Source: Lama guanicoe
Lineage: Eukaryota
Direction: 5' to 3'
DNA: 64,000 nt
NCBI GenBank assembly: GCA_013239625.1
Contig: MU054323.1
Location: 9,103,220 to 9,167,219, forward strand
Positions 51,070 to 64,000 of the stretch are shown piece by piece (position 1 is the first letter of the stretch; each line of letters starts with the position of its first letter). Below the pieces are notes generated by a model that saw nothing but the letters and a program-made list of their open reading frames with translations, was not told the DNA's origin and made no database searches. A program made the translations under genes and the position numbers.

Positions 51070-51240
51070 CAGCACTGTTGAATGGAATTTTCTGCAATAA
51101 TGAAATGGTCTATATCTGTGCTGCCCAATACAGACACTTGTAATGCAGCAAGTATGATTGAGGAACTCAATTTTTTATTTTACTTTAGCTAAATCTAAAT
51201 AGTCACATGTGGCTAATGGCTAGTGTATTGGACAGTGCAG
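51070..51240. mobile_element. MER3-like hAT-Charlie MITE
   Basis: ttttctgcaataatgaaatggtctatatctgtgctgcccaata...gattgaggaact...aaatagtcacatgtggcta.tggcta...tattggacagtgcag. Confidence 0.85.
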
Positions 51241-54200
51241 CTGTGGAGGGATGTGAATTAGGATCAGGGAAAACAAACGGGCCGAGTTTATCAGGAGCAA
51301 GAGGATTTCCTCCAGCCAAGGGGACTGAGGTGCTTCCTTCACTCTGACCATGGGGAAGGATCTCTCTGCATTGAGGGAGAGGCAGTCAGTGGCTTCCACA
51401 GTCTGGAATTATGACCAGTGCTGAGGAGAGTAACTTTCGTTAGCACTGTGTGATAAACGTGATATTTCAAACTGGTTGAGGAAGGGGTTGCTTGGAATCC
51501 TCGAATGGCAGAAAACATCTAGTAGTTCCACCCATCAACATATATTTGAGGTAAATGAAATCGAGGACCAAGGTACCATACCCAAGGTCACATGAAATTG
51601 AACATTCTGCTAAAAAAAAAAAGAATTAACACATATATTAAAACAGGTTACTGATTTTCAAAGTTAGGACACATAAAGATATAATTAACACCAAAACTAA
51701 GCTGAACATAATTTAATCTTTGTGACTCAAGGCATTTTGTGACTTTCCCGTGCCTGAGGGTCAGCATGAAAAAAACTCAGGAGATTAAGCTGCATTTGTT
51801 GCCATATAACAAAACCCAGCAGTTGCTTTTTTGAAGAAATTCTCATAGTGACTTCATAACTTGTCATTTGTGGCATTATCATAAAAGATGAGAGAAGAAT
51901 ACATAAAATTCCAGTTGTTTATGCTGGCTGGTTGTTTAAATCCTAGATAAATGGGTGTTTACTTTAATGATGGCCTTTACTATACAAAGTTAATATTTCA
52001 GTCACCATTATCAGGCCTGTTTATCTGAGAATAATGGTGGGTTTGTGGTAATCCAATTATTTCTTCCATTCTTCCTATATGAGGCATATTTATTTATTTG
52101 GTTAGGGTCACAGGATCCCTGTATTTGGAACCTTAAGTGACCAAGCACTCCTATCAATATAGCCAACTAGTTTTAGCCAGTCATCTGTCAACAGAGTTCA
52201 GGAAAAGACAGATTTCACTTCATTATATATTGCCTGGTGACTAATTTTTGATCTGTGAAAATTAGCATCTCAAGGCACGATCAGTGGATGTTGACAGTAA
52301 TCTAACACAGAAGGTTAACATGATGGTTATGGTTAACATGATGGGTGCTTGAATACACTGCTTTTCAAGCTATTTATGATAAAGGCTCAGGGTTTTGTTT
52401 CTCAGTTTCTATACTGTCCTGACCAGTGGCAGCCTGGCCTGAGGACCGGATTGTGAGTAGCACTGCTCTATCATACTGCCTCTGTCACAGAACTTTACAC
52501 CCGACCATTCTGAACAGGAAGCAGATGATGCTACACTTCACCTTAAAAAAAAAAAAAAAAGAAACCAGATGATAGATTACATTAGAGAGTTTAGACTATC
52601 TCATTTTTGAAGGAGGCAAGACCAGGTAATTTCTTGAAGGTCCTCCCAGTTTGCTGATTTCCGGTGTGGGTCATTAGGGTCCATGCCTACTTGTGGCTTC
52701 CTTCCACCCGCACAGGAAGCAAGGGCTCTGCGCTCATGCTGGGCCACTGCATCTTGAGCTCTTTATTCTGTCACCGTCCTCCTGAGCTGCCAGTTTTTGA
52801 TGTTTAGAAATAAGTTCCTTCTCTCTAACATTTGGTCTCAGTGGAATGGAGGAGGAGGTCCTATGAAAGGTGTCCTAACAGGCTTTTTGCCTGGCCAAGA
52901 AGACTCTCCTTTTCTATGTCTGCTTGAATTTTTAATCTCAAAATATCATCTCCAATGATCCCTGGACCGTGGCCTTGGCCTCTAACTCAGTTGAGTACTG
53001 GCCTACACAACTCGTAACTACTTGAAGTGTTTCATTATACATGTTTCACTGTATGCATCTTGAATGGACTCTTGCTTAATAGTCTTTGTCACACTATCCT
53101 GACAAATATTTCTCCTTAAGCTCAATATCAGAAGTTGTGCATGTGCCATCAGTGTTCCTTCATAGGAGGTTGAATTTTAGCTGGTTGCAGAGCAGTAGTA
53201 GGTAAGTTAATGTTGCTAAGAAAACCACATGAGATTTTCTACCTATTTTTCTTTTGCTCCATCTGTTTATTTTTTATCTTTAGTTAATTTCATGATTTTG
53301 GTTTCTACTTGTAATTTGTCATCTTAAAAAAAAACTGCTATAAGGCAGTTTGGCCAACTTGCTTAATAAAAATATACCTCACAATTGAATGAAATATTAT
53401 AATAGATAACAATAACTTCTTTTATAAAAGATATCTTATTTTTCTTTTTAAGAAGTGTTAAGAATATTATGCAATTTGTTTAAGCTTAAAAAAATCCACG
53501 TCTAAAGGCCCCAGGTATCTAAACAAAGTAACCCTGTATAGGTTTTAGCTGAAGCCATGTTTCCATATCCTCTCTGTACACCCAGGCTAAATTCCACTGT
53601 GGGGCTGAACAGCAGACGACTAGATCAGGCCCAGTAGAAATAAAGAACTTTCAAAATTGTACAGGTGCTCACGTAAACCATCATACACAGACCAGAATAA
53701 AACAAACAGCACCTTTGTTTAATAAACCTCCTACTGAAATATTCCCCAAATACAGCCTTCTGCCTTCTATTCCTCTCACATCCACTCCTCTGGTTTCGTG
53801 ATTCATTTCCCAAGTTAGTTCCACAATTCAAATATTTCTATTTGGTGTTTCTCTCTTTGCCACAAATTCAACAGACCTAAAATAAAACCAATCTCAAACT
53901 CTTCGCATTGGATGAGATCCCAGGGGACATTCATTTTTTACTTTAATGGCTACAGGAATAGCTTTCATAAAGCTTCCAAGAGGGGGCTATCTCACCTCTC
54001 CTTTCTCATCTCCAGCTCTAGGGAACTCCTCTCTCTCCAAGGCACCCATTTTTGGTACCTTGCTTCCAATACCACTTCTCTGTCCAGGTTTTCCAGCTCG
54101 GAAATGATACCATCTTCTTTCCGGTTCCCAAGCCCCCTGCACCATCTGATTGTTCCCCAAACCCTCATTTTGTATCAAGTATAGGATGGGTCAGGCCTAA

Positions 54201-55181
54201 CACTTTTAATCAGCTCCCTCTCCCAGCTCCATAATTCCTTGCACATAATAAATCATCAATAATTAATTGGTAATTAATTGAAATTTTAAATCTATTAAGA
54301 GCTCAACCTTAGCAAATGAAGGTTTCTTAATTTGAATCTTGTGCTTCATGTGATGTTTTTGACCAAATAGCCAGATGAGAATTATATCATCAATCACAAA
54401 GATACAGTTCTTAGCAGATGAAGTGATAATTGTATAGTTTATACATCATTTAAAGACTCCTGTGGAGAGAAAAGTGCTGTATGCAAGGGGAAGTGACATT
54501 TCAGAGAAATTCTGGTGAAATTACCCAGCTCACAGGAGAGAGATCAGTCTTCTAAGTTTCTCATATTTTTCTTCTCCTCTACTGTACAGACCCTGGCTAG
54601 CTTTCCAAAAACAAATTATCTTTCCTGTTATACTAGTAATGCTAGCATCTTAAAATTTCATTAAAGATGCCAAAGTTGAACCTTGGCAGCCAGTTTATTT
54701 TCAAATAATTTCAGTAGAGTGGATAGAAATAGGATTAGTGTATTTTACATGTCCTTTCTTTATAAACCTGGAAACAGAACTATGCCTAAAGATCAGTTAT
54801 ATGTGGCTCATTAAGGCCCAGATTCTTTTCTGATCCAAGATACAGCAGTAGAAGAAAATAACTTAGAGCTGTGTAAATCATCAGTTGTTAGAGCAAGTAT
54901 TCAAAAGCTGTGTTGTTGGAGTGAAACCTGCTTAAAAAAAAAAACAAAAACAAACCAGGGTGGTTCATGCTATTGTTTAGAAGCTGGACTACAGAAACCC
55001 ACTGGAGTTGGCGAATTCCCCTCGGTTCTCACACTCCAGTTATAAACTCATTACATTCAGGGAATGCAGCATTAAGTTATTTGAGGACTGCTACTTCCCA
55101 GAGGACTCAGCGAGGTAGAAACTATTGTAAAGGACAAGGAAGATTACTCTCTCCTATTTAAATCTTTAAAAACAATGAACC

Positions 55182-55654
55182 TCCCAAAGACTCAAACAGG
55201 TACTTAAACATGCATGTACATGTACTTGTTTATAGCAGCACTGTTCACAATAGCCAGAAGGCGAAAACAGCCCATCCACAGATAAATGGATAGACAAATT
55301 GTGGGGTATACAATGGAATATTATTCAGCCACAACAGGAATGAAGTACTGATACATAAGGTAGATGAACCTTGAAAAATTATGCTAAGTGAAAGAAGGCA
55401 GACACAAAATGTCACATATCATATGATTCCATTTATAGGAAATATCCAGAATAGATACATCCATAGAGACAGGAGGCAGATTGGTGGTTGCCAGGGGCTG
55501 AGGGGAGGGGAGATAGAGAGAAACTGCTTAGTGGGTAAGGAGTTTTAGTTTGGAATGACGGAAGTGTTCTGGAACTAGACAGAAAGGGAGGTTGTACAAC
55601 ATTGTGACTGTACTAATGCCACTGAATTGTTCACTTTAAAATAGTTTAAAAAAG
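55182..55654 (+). mobile_element. L1MB-type LINE-1 3' end, about 60 bp from the exon 2 donor
   Basis: atagcagcactgttcacaatagcc, atacaatggaatattattcagcc, atgctaagtgaaagaa, tatgattccatttata, gtggttgccaggggctg, aatgccactgaattgttcactttaaaa. Confidence 0.9.
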
Positions 55655-55673
55655 AACTTACATCTCAAAACTA

Positions 55674-56084
<411 letters not shown>

Positions 56085-56519
56085 CTACTGGAGCTCTCCT
56101 CCCGACGACATTTCTTAGTGTCTGTGCTGCACCAGGGTTGTTTGTGGGTGCCTCTGTTTTCCATCTTGGAGGGAAGTAACTTCATATTTCCCTTTGTAAT
56201 GCCCAGCCCAGAACTTTATTTACAGCTGGGACTTACTAAACGGGACCAAGTTAATGTGTGTTTCTGTACAGGTCTGTCTGGTCACTGAAGAAGAAGCAGG
56301 AAGTGTGCCAGAATTCGGGGAATCAGGTTCAGGACCTAAGGAGAAGAGGGAAGTTGCAACTCCAGGCACTAACGAATCTTATTTATTTCCTTGGGTGGAG
56401 TGGGAGTTGGGTATTTAGACGGCAGGATTAGGTTTTAGTCCTAATCTATCCTGTACACCACCCATTTCATGCACTGACTCAAAAAGGCATCTATTTAAAA
56501 AAACGGATTCTAAAAATCT

Positions 56520-56680
56520 AAGTTTAGTCTAACGTTTTTGCTAGAGAAAATACCAAACATATAAAACTAGAGAAAATGGTATACTGACTTCCCCTACCAC
56601 CATGTACCCATCACCCAGATTCATCTACTGTCAACTCATGGCCAATCTTGTTTCAGTCTATACTATACCTTCACTGACTT
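56520..56680 (-). mobile_element. Short old L1 3' end fragment
   Basis: aaactagagaaaatggtata...ccatgtacccatcacccagattca..actgtcaactcatggccaatcttgtttca. Confidence 0.7.
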
Positions 56681-58070
56681 CTCCAAGAGCTAAGGATTTT
56701 TACTGACATGACTGAAAAGGAGTTCTGGGTATAGGGGCAAGTGAAGAAGATAGGCTCAAGTGGCATGAGGACTGGTTGACTAGCCAGAAAGGAGTGGGCA
56801 AGGGCCAAATGGAGCCAATGGAGGGATGGCAGGTGTCACCAAAAAGGTCAGTTAGCTTTAGACAGGAAAGAAAGGCCAAGAGAGAAGTTCACAATAAGTC
56901 AATGAAAACCTACTGTTTTAGCAGATTAGAAATTTATATTCCTTTCCCAAATAGGCTATGATCTATTTGAAACCAGTATCATCTTATATTAGAGTAATAG
57001 AACAGTGCCAGTTCCTACAGGTCCCTAACAGCCTGTTTGCAATGGGAATGCCATGTGATTGATGCCAAGAACATAGGATCATGTCAATAAAAACCAAGTT
57101 TGACCTGTAAACCACCTTTCTGTAGTTCTAAAAGTCTCAGTAAACTGGGCTAAATCTCCTCAATTGCCTAGCAGTGCACTGTCAAATATGGTTATTTGAG
57201 ATTCAAGAGATTCATCAATAATTTGAAAACATCCCACTCCACTCCTCCCCTTTTCAATTCTATTTTTATCTCAGATTCTAAATGCATTTATAGTACTGAT
57301 GAAAAAAATATATATCTACAAGGTTCACTTCTGAAAAAGGTACTCAATCAAGAGAAAAATGGTTTTAATGTAATGTTATTATCCTGTCATTTAATTTAGC
57401 AATGACAAGTGATGATGAGATTTTGATTTGCATCAGAAATCTTAAAACATTTTAGGATTCTGTTATGAACAGGCAATGATGAGTAATCTGTGTGATTGAG
57501 TAACTATGTGAATTCTTGGCTTATTGATGCTGCTACAAACAACATTCACAACAACCTTAAAAAGAAAAAATACCCAGTGTGGCTAAAAACAGGCCAAAAT
57601 AACTTAATTAGTAAGACTGTCACTAAAGAAACTTATGACTTCCACTATATTTATACTTAGATCTGGGTCACAATTCATTGGTTTGAATTAGGTAAATTTT
57701 CATTATCAACTGGGAAATCATGAAACTATATCATCAGATTATTATTGGGATGTGCGTGTATGTGGGGGAGGAGTGAAATCAAGGGTACAGTGTGTATGTG
57801 TTTGACGTGGGAGCAGATGGCTGGGATTTAAACTCATTTCTAAATAACTTATATTAACACAAGCACTGTACTAATTTAGCCATCACTGAAATTCCTCACT
57901 CCTTTCAAATGGAATTCTACTATTTTCTTTTCTTTGGTATCTTTGTCCTACTTTTACCTCTGTCTTCCCTCAATGGTGGCCTTTCCCTGCATGAGGACAG
58001 GGACCACAGTCTGCAGCATCTTAACGCCATTTGCTGGCTGAATGAAACTTTGTGAGTCTCCTTTTGCCTC

Positions 58071-58645
58071 TGGAGGGTGGCAGGATATGCCACCCCAAAA
58101 TATGACCATGGGAGTGCAGGACATGCCACTGCAAAATATGCTGCTGTGGTGTATTGATTGAGTTGTAGGCATTTGAAAAAGAGCAAATGCAGGGATAGCC
58201 TTTCTCTAACTCCCTTTATCTGCCTAAACACAGATCCTCCAAAAGGAACTCAATTGCCATAAATCCCTTCCCTGGGAGTTTCACCAACTGGAGAGGACTA
58301 ACTTTTGTGACAGGAGAGGAGACTAGAAGTCAATACCACAGCTAGACAGATGTTGTCACAGACTATCATACCTCCCATCTATTCTTCTCTGGAGACATTC
58401 ATCTTTCCTAAAAATCCCCTAAGAGGCCTGCCACTCCCCTCCCCTTTCCACCTTAAGATGATATTTAATCGCAAATTCCAGGTCCCTTGGGGATTCATTT
58501 TTTCCCCTAGGCATCTCCCATGTATACCTGAGGGATACATGTTAGTAAATCTATTTGTTTTTCTCTTGTTAATCTGCCTTTTATTATGGGGGTCTCAGCC
58601 AAGAACTCAGAAGGGTAGAGGGAAAATGACTTTTCTTCCCCTGCA
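58071..58645 (+). mobile_element. ERV1 solo LTR (MER34/MER39-like)
   Basis: TG...CA ends. Duplicated 5' motif ga(t/c)atgccac..caaaatatg, 3' end tctcagccaagaactcagaagggtagagggaaaa...tttcttcccctgca. Near-perfect 4-bp TSD cctc / tctc. Confidence 0.85.
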
Positions 58646-61600
58646 TCTCTTTTCCATGTCTCTCCCAAACAGCATCCATCCCTTCTTCTGAACTGAAGAT
58701 GTGGAGGTGTTGACAAATGGGAAGGAGGAGTCAGGGGTGACTGTTCAGTAGCCTGGCAATAACAATTCCATGTTTTACAAGACCTTGCCCACTGCATTGC
58801 CAATACTGGCAGCATTCCTTTTCTATAAGCAAGAACTGTGACTAGAACTCATGTTATCATCCCTTCATTCCTGCATTAACTCAACATGCATTCATGCAGT
58901 AAATCAGCATTTGCCAACATACCTCCTACTGGGCAAAATCAGCTTGTTGACAGTGAAGTAAAACTTAAAAACCACAGATAGTATGATCTGATTCATGTTT
59001 CTTAAAAGGTAAAAGGTACATGTACGTGTTCTATGATATGTAAATATCTAGAAAAGGAAATGTTAGTGACAGATATCTATGAGAAGGCTGGGAGTGGGGA
59101 GCAGAAGTTCATGCTTTACTTTATATACTTATGCACAGAAGTATATGCAACCAGAATGTCTTTGTGTTTTATGAGAAGCCACTTGTTACTCCTTCAGATT
59201 TATCTGGCCTCCCTGCATCTTTTCCCAGCCACCAGTTGCCTCCAGCTGGCTTCTTCCAGGTGCAACCTAACAGAGCCTTGCCCAGGCCACTCTCTCCCCG
59301 CTTCAAGGTTTCTGTTTCGTTCCTGGCTGTCTTGTGGGATGGAGCAACCTGTTAAACATGTCAGGTATTTTGGTATCGGCTCTTCCTGCTTCCCGGCTTC
59401 ACCTTCCCTGTCCCTTGGTCTTGCTCCCTGGATTACAGTCCTGCGTAGAGGATGCACACTTAAGCCTTTGTTTTACTAATCTGCATTCTGTTGAACCCAG
59501 ATTAAGACAGTTTATTGCTGATTTTTTAAAAAAGTGAATGAATTAAAGAGTGGAAAGTAGAGAGCAACTAGAATATTAGTTACAAATGAGCAGAAGCATT
59601 TCTGAATTAGATTCTAGTTTCACTTTGAATTAGGCTTTTCTATCTTTTTTCTTTATTAAAATCACAAAATTATGGTCAGGTTCAGGAAAGGACCTGCACA
59701 AAACACCATCCTCTGTATGAAAGCATCAAAAAAAAAAAAAGGCATCACCATAACTCTTTCCAGTTCAAACATGAGCTTTAGGAAGGTGCCAAAAACAGAC
59801 CAATTAAGTGTTCAAAGGAAAAAAAAAAGCAGCACTGGTAGAAATATACTGTTGCTACCATTAAAAAATTTAAAAGTGTAAATTTCTGAATGAAGGAGAA
59901 AACCAGTTAGAAGAAATATATATGAATTTAAAACAAATTCATAGCTTAAAAATGTCATATTTTAAAGTTGGACAGAAGGAAACCCGATAAATGGTCATAA
60001 ATGGTCCCCTCAGTCTTCCGGGCCATAAGAGGCCATGTGGTTGGGCGTATTTGTGTGAGGGAGGAGGCCTGAGCCACTGACTGACTGTATTACCTTTGAC
60101 AGCTTTTCCCTCTTTGAACCAGCTTCTTCTCTTGCAAAACAGGTTTAATAATACTTGTCAACTCCTTAAATGCCTGGGTTTTGTGCTCTGAGTTATTTCA
60201 CTGACAGGTGTTATCAGAACAACTTATCAATTGCTTTTAACTTCTTGACAATGATGTGCCTGTTACGGATTCTTAGAGATGATTCATACCAGCGAAAGGA
60301 ATGACCTGGTGAAACAGGGATGAGAAGTCTTTTGACCAAAAAGGTCACACTGATACTGGCTCCAGCCAAAAGCCAAGGAATATGTTGCTTTTTGGCTTTT
60401 GAATTTCATTATTTCTTCTCTGGGCTGCAAGCTTCTGCTACACTGTACACCCCTAGAACAGGGGATTGTACCAGTAGTTATTTCCTGATTAAAATTCATT
60501 ATTCCTACTGTCTGTATTCTTCAACCGTATCTGTTCTTCTCCGCATTTGTGTATGTCACATTTACAAGGATGAGGGTAATTTCTAAACCAAGCCAGTGAT
60601 ACCTGTTTCTACCTCTGTGAAAAGAACTGAGCCTTGAAACTAAAATGTCATTCTGTGGCTCCTCACCCAAAATGTGCATACACATGATTTACTTAAGGAA
60701 GTGAAACATGAATTATGCTTTAAATGCTTCTTAACTGATTTTGACTTCTAACTCTTATCTTTTCCCAGCTAACAAGCCTGTGGCTTAAAAGTCATTTTTT
60801 TTTCTTAAGATGTAGCTACTCGTGACTTTATAGCATAGATAAACAATACTCTAGCTAGAAGTGGCCAGCCTTTCAGTGTCATATACTTGACCCTTATTTA
60901 AATTTTGCTTATATATGAAAAAGTGTGCCAGGCCCTGGGAGAACCAGTAAAGCTAAACATGTTACTTCTTCTCCCACACATTTCAGTCTTACATGGCCTT
61001 GCATCATTCACATCTCTGCTTAAATGCTACCTCCTCTGAGAGGCTTTCCCAGACCACTCTACAGGTGAGATGCCACCTTCCTAATTTAATGTTTGTTAAG
61101 TATTGACACTAGGTTTTTGGATCAGATCCAGCCTTTTAATTACTCGTAATTATGTTAGTTCTCCACGTCCCAATCCCCTGTGGGGTGACATAGTGAGAGA
61201 AACTTTTTAAATAATGATTTTTTTGAGATTTATATAGGACAGCTAATACAGCTGCTGCTTCTCCTCCCCTCTGCGGTGGGATGGGGGAGAGAGGATGGAG
61301 AGGGAAAAGGAGGGAGGGAGAGAAGAAAATGACCTGTTGACCTTTGCTTTTTAATGTAAACAAATCCTCTTAGGGGAAAAGAGGGGGAGGTGTTTAGGTT
61401 TACAACCCCTAGGATGTAAATAAATGCATCCAAAGAAGTCTCTAAATCTCTCCTGAGGTCTCTGACTTCTACGGTTTTGTCATTCAAACATTCTTTAATC
61501 CAGGTGCCAGCAACCTTTCTCAGACAGCCCTGATCATGCAGAAACATGAAAACATTCACGGAGCATTGCTTCCCGACAATTTTTTCACAGCAATATCACT

Positions 61601-61649
61601 ACCCAACGTTACAATACGCATTTGTTTCTTTCCTCTTGCCCTAACTTCT

Positions 61650-63630
61650 TTTGGATTAATTGCATTCCACTTCTTCACTATTGATGTGTTATTAATTCTA
61701 CCTCTTTTTTCTTTTTTAAAAGTGATTGATCTAGAGTTCATAATAAGCACTTTAACTTAGTTTATTTCCCAACATTACAAAACCACTTTACTTACAAATG
61801 TAATTTATTTTACAGTAGTATTCTTCAATTTCCCCTTCCTAACCTTTGTGCTATTAGTGTCACACATTTTACTTCTACATGATATAAACCTTATAAAGCT
61901 GTGTTATTATTTTTATTTAAACTGTCAATTGTCTTTTAAAGAAATGAAGGAATGAAGAAAATAAGTCTGTATTTACTCACATATTTACCATTTCTAGGAC
62001 TTTTCATGCCTTTGGATGGATATGCATATCATCTAGTATCATTCTGGTTCCACCTAAAGAACTTCCTCCAACATTTATTGTAGTGCAAGTTTCTGGTGAT
62101 AATTTCTCTTGGCTATTGTTTTTATCTTTATTTCCCCATCATTTTGAAGGATACAGAATTTTGTGTTGACAGTTTATTTTTCCAGTGCTTTGTAGATTTC
62201 ATTCATTTTTTTTCTAGCTTGCATTGTTTCCGGCAAGAAGTCTGCAATCAATCCTTCTTCCCCTATATGTAATGTGTATTTTTGACACTAGATGTTTTTA
62301 AGAATTTCTGTTTATAATTGGTTTGCAGGAATTTGATTACAGTGGACTTTGATATGGTTTACATTATGCTTATTTTCCTTGGGGTTCATTGAAATTCTTT
62401 GATCTATGTGTTTATATTTTTCTTAAAATTTGAAAAAATTTCAGTCATTATTACTTCAAATATTTTTGTGCCTCTCTCACTCCTTTTTCCTTAGATGTCA
62501 TTTACACACATGACAAACTGATTGTCTCACATCACAGAGGCTCTGTGCAATTTGTCCAGTCATTTTTTCCTCTATGTTTCAATTTAGATAATCTCTATTT
62601 ACTGTCTTCAAGTACATGGATCCTTTCTTCTGTAATGTCTACTCTGTTGTTAAACTCATCAAGTGAATTTTTCATTTCAGATATTGCATTTTTCACTTCT
62701 TAAACTTCTATTTGGTTCTTTCATACATCTTCTACTTTCCTCCACACCATGTTCATGTTCTTTAAACCACTGAGCATATTTATAAGGGCTCTTTTAAAAT
62801 CCCTTTCTGCTAATTCCATCATCCTTGTCATTTCTGTGTTGATTTTGATTTACTTCTTTTTCTTGGTTATGGATAACATTTTTTTTGGATTCTTTGCATG
62901 TCTAATGCATCTTCAGCATTTGATTAAATGCTGAATATTGCAAATGTTACATCATTGAGTGTCTTAATTTTGCTGTATTTTTCCAAAAGGTTAAACTTTG
63001 TTTTTTCAGATAATTTGTGAATCTGTTTAATCCTTTGAAGATTGCTTTTGAAGTCTGTTAGAGTGAGTTTAGAGTGACCTTTACTTTAGGGCAAGTTTAC
63101 CCTTTCTACTAAACTGTGTTCCTTCTTGGATTGCTACTGAATGCTCCAGGGGTTCAACAATGTCTCTGGCTGGATAGAACTCAACACCTCCCATTCCTGT
63201 ATAATTTCTGGGTCATGTTCAGCTTAGAGCTCTCCAGCAGTTACCCAGCTTTGTGGAGTTTCTCTCTATGTATGTCCCTTTAGCATTTAGCAACAGATAA
63301 AGGAGACTCCTATGCAGATTTCTTGACCTTTCCTTGATTAACTCTTTCCTCTCCAGTACATGTTCCCATAAATTTTAGCCACATTAAGCTATGAACTCAG
63401 ATTTCTCAACTCACTGATGTTGCCAAGTTTTCCCGGAGTTCCTCCTCTCTGTGCCGTGGTCAGTAATGGGCCTTCAGGACTCACCTTCTCTGTTTCCTTT
63501 CTCTTCTGGGAAACACTCCTGCTGTCCAATATCAGAAACAGTTGCTTCATATGTTTTGTCCCATTTTCTAGTTGTTTATGGTGGGAAGGTATTTCTTGTA
63601 CTAGTTATTTTAATATGGTCAGAAGTAAAT
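61650..63630 (-). mobile_element. Old LINE-1 (L1M4/L1MD-like) 5' UTR-ORF1 region, decayed
   Basis: T-rich antisense L1 ORF1 words: aagaacttcct..aacattt..tgtagtgcaagt, attttgaaggata, aagaagtctgc, cttggggttcattga, cattattacttcaaatattttt, ctctgctaattccatcatc, gttgcttcatatgttttgtcc. Confidence 0.85.
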
Positions 63631-63787
63631 ATTTTTGAATGAATGGTCTGTACCTTAAAAGACACTTAGATAGGTGGGATGACAGATGCCCATGTACACG
63701 ACAAATTATACCATGAAGTGAGAGCAGGGAAAAGTGCTGTGTATGACTGTAGCCCAAGTAGAATGGTTATTAAACCAATATGGTCAG

Positions 63788-63909
63788 GGGGAGGGTATAG
63801 CTCAGTGGTAGAGTGCATGCTTAGCATGCATGAGGTCCTGGGTTCAATCCCCAGTACCTCCATTAAAAAATCAAAAAAAAAAAAAGAACCCTAATTCCCT
63901 CCCCTCCCA
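63788..63909 (+). mobile_element. Young Vic-1-type tRNA-Ala(AGC)-derived SINE (camelid)
   Basis: ggggagggtatagctcagtggtagagtgcatgcttagcatgcatgaggtcctgggttcaatccccagtacctcca with intact Pol III A and B boxes and an A-rich tail. Perfect 11-bp TSD AATATGGTCAG at 63777-63787 and 63910-63920. Confidence 0.93.
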
Positions 63910-64000
63910 AATATGGTCAGAATAATAGGGACAAGAAGGGTTCACATCCTTCTTCATTCTTCCAGTGTGGGATGTAGGACTGAGTACAGAAGGCACCAGG

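Noticed and set aside
57470..57532. Box C/D snoRNA-like segment (GGCA-ATGATGA ... TTGA-TGCT)
   Set aside because: The D box is TTGA rather than CTGA, it lies on the strand opposite the host gene, and I see no rRNA-complementary guide.
59033..59479. 148-aa ORF on the + strand
   Set aside because: Begins in an L1 3' remnant, overlaps several equally arbitrary ORFs and has no recognisable homology or splice support.
63788..63861. Apparent tRNA-Ala gene
   Set aside because: Extra 5' bases disturb the acceptor stem, and it has the family-specific A-rich tail, a TSD and two diverged sister copies in the window: a SINE.

Overview
Eukaryotic (mammalian) genomic DNA, not a prokaryotic accessory region. 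Three tRNA-Ala-derived Vic-1-type SINEs suggest a camelid (camel/alpaca/llama). The whole window lies inside the ribokinase gene RBKS on the minus strand. Six internal coding exons (exons 2-7 by analogy with human, 706 bp) are recovered with canonical GT-AG borders and consistent phases: 55848-55716, 45688-45625, 44680-44618, 41963-41799, 34799-34708, 29976-29788. Exon 1 and the last exon (catalytic GAGD motif) are not visible and should lie outside the window. The rest is intron containing ordinary eutherian repeats (L1, L2, MIR, MaLR and ERV1 solo LTRs, hAT MITEs) and microsatellites. Repeat subfamily names come from remembered consensus sequences, and their borders are approximate unless a target-site duplication (TSD) is quoted. 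Apart from the RBKS exons, the supplied ORFs look spurious. I found no convincing new multi-gene system. The best leads are modest: a pre-miRNA-sized hairpin within a degenerate palindrome at about 6.9 kb, repeat-free motif-dense blocks in intron 7 that may be conserved enhancers, a possible intronic-polyadenylation isoform lacking the catalytic Asp, and inverted repeats flanking exons.
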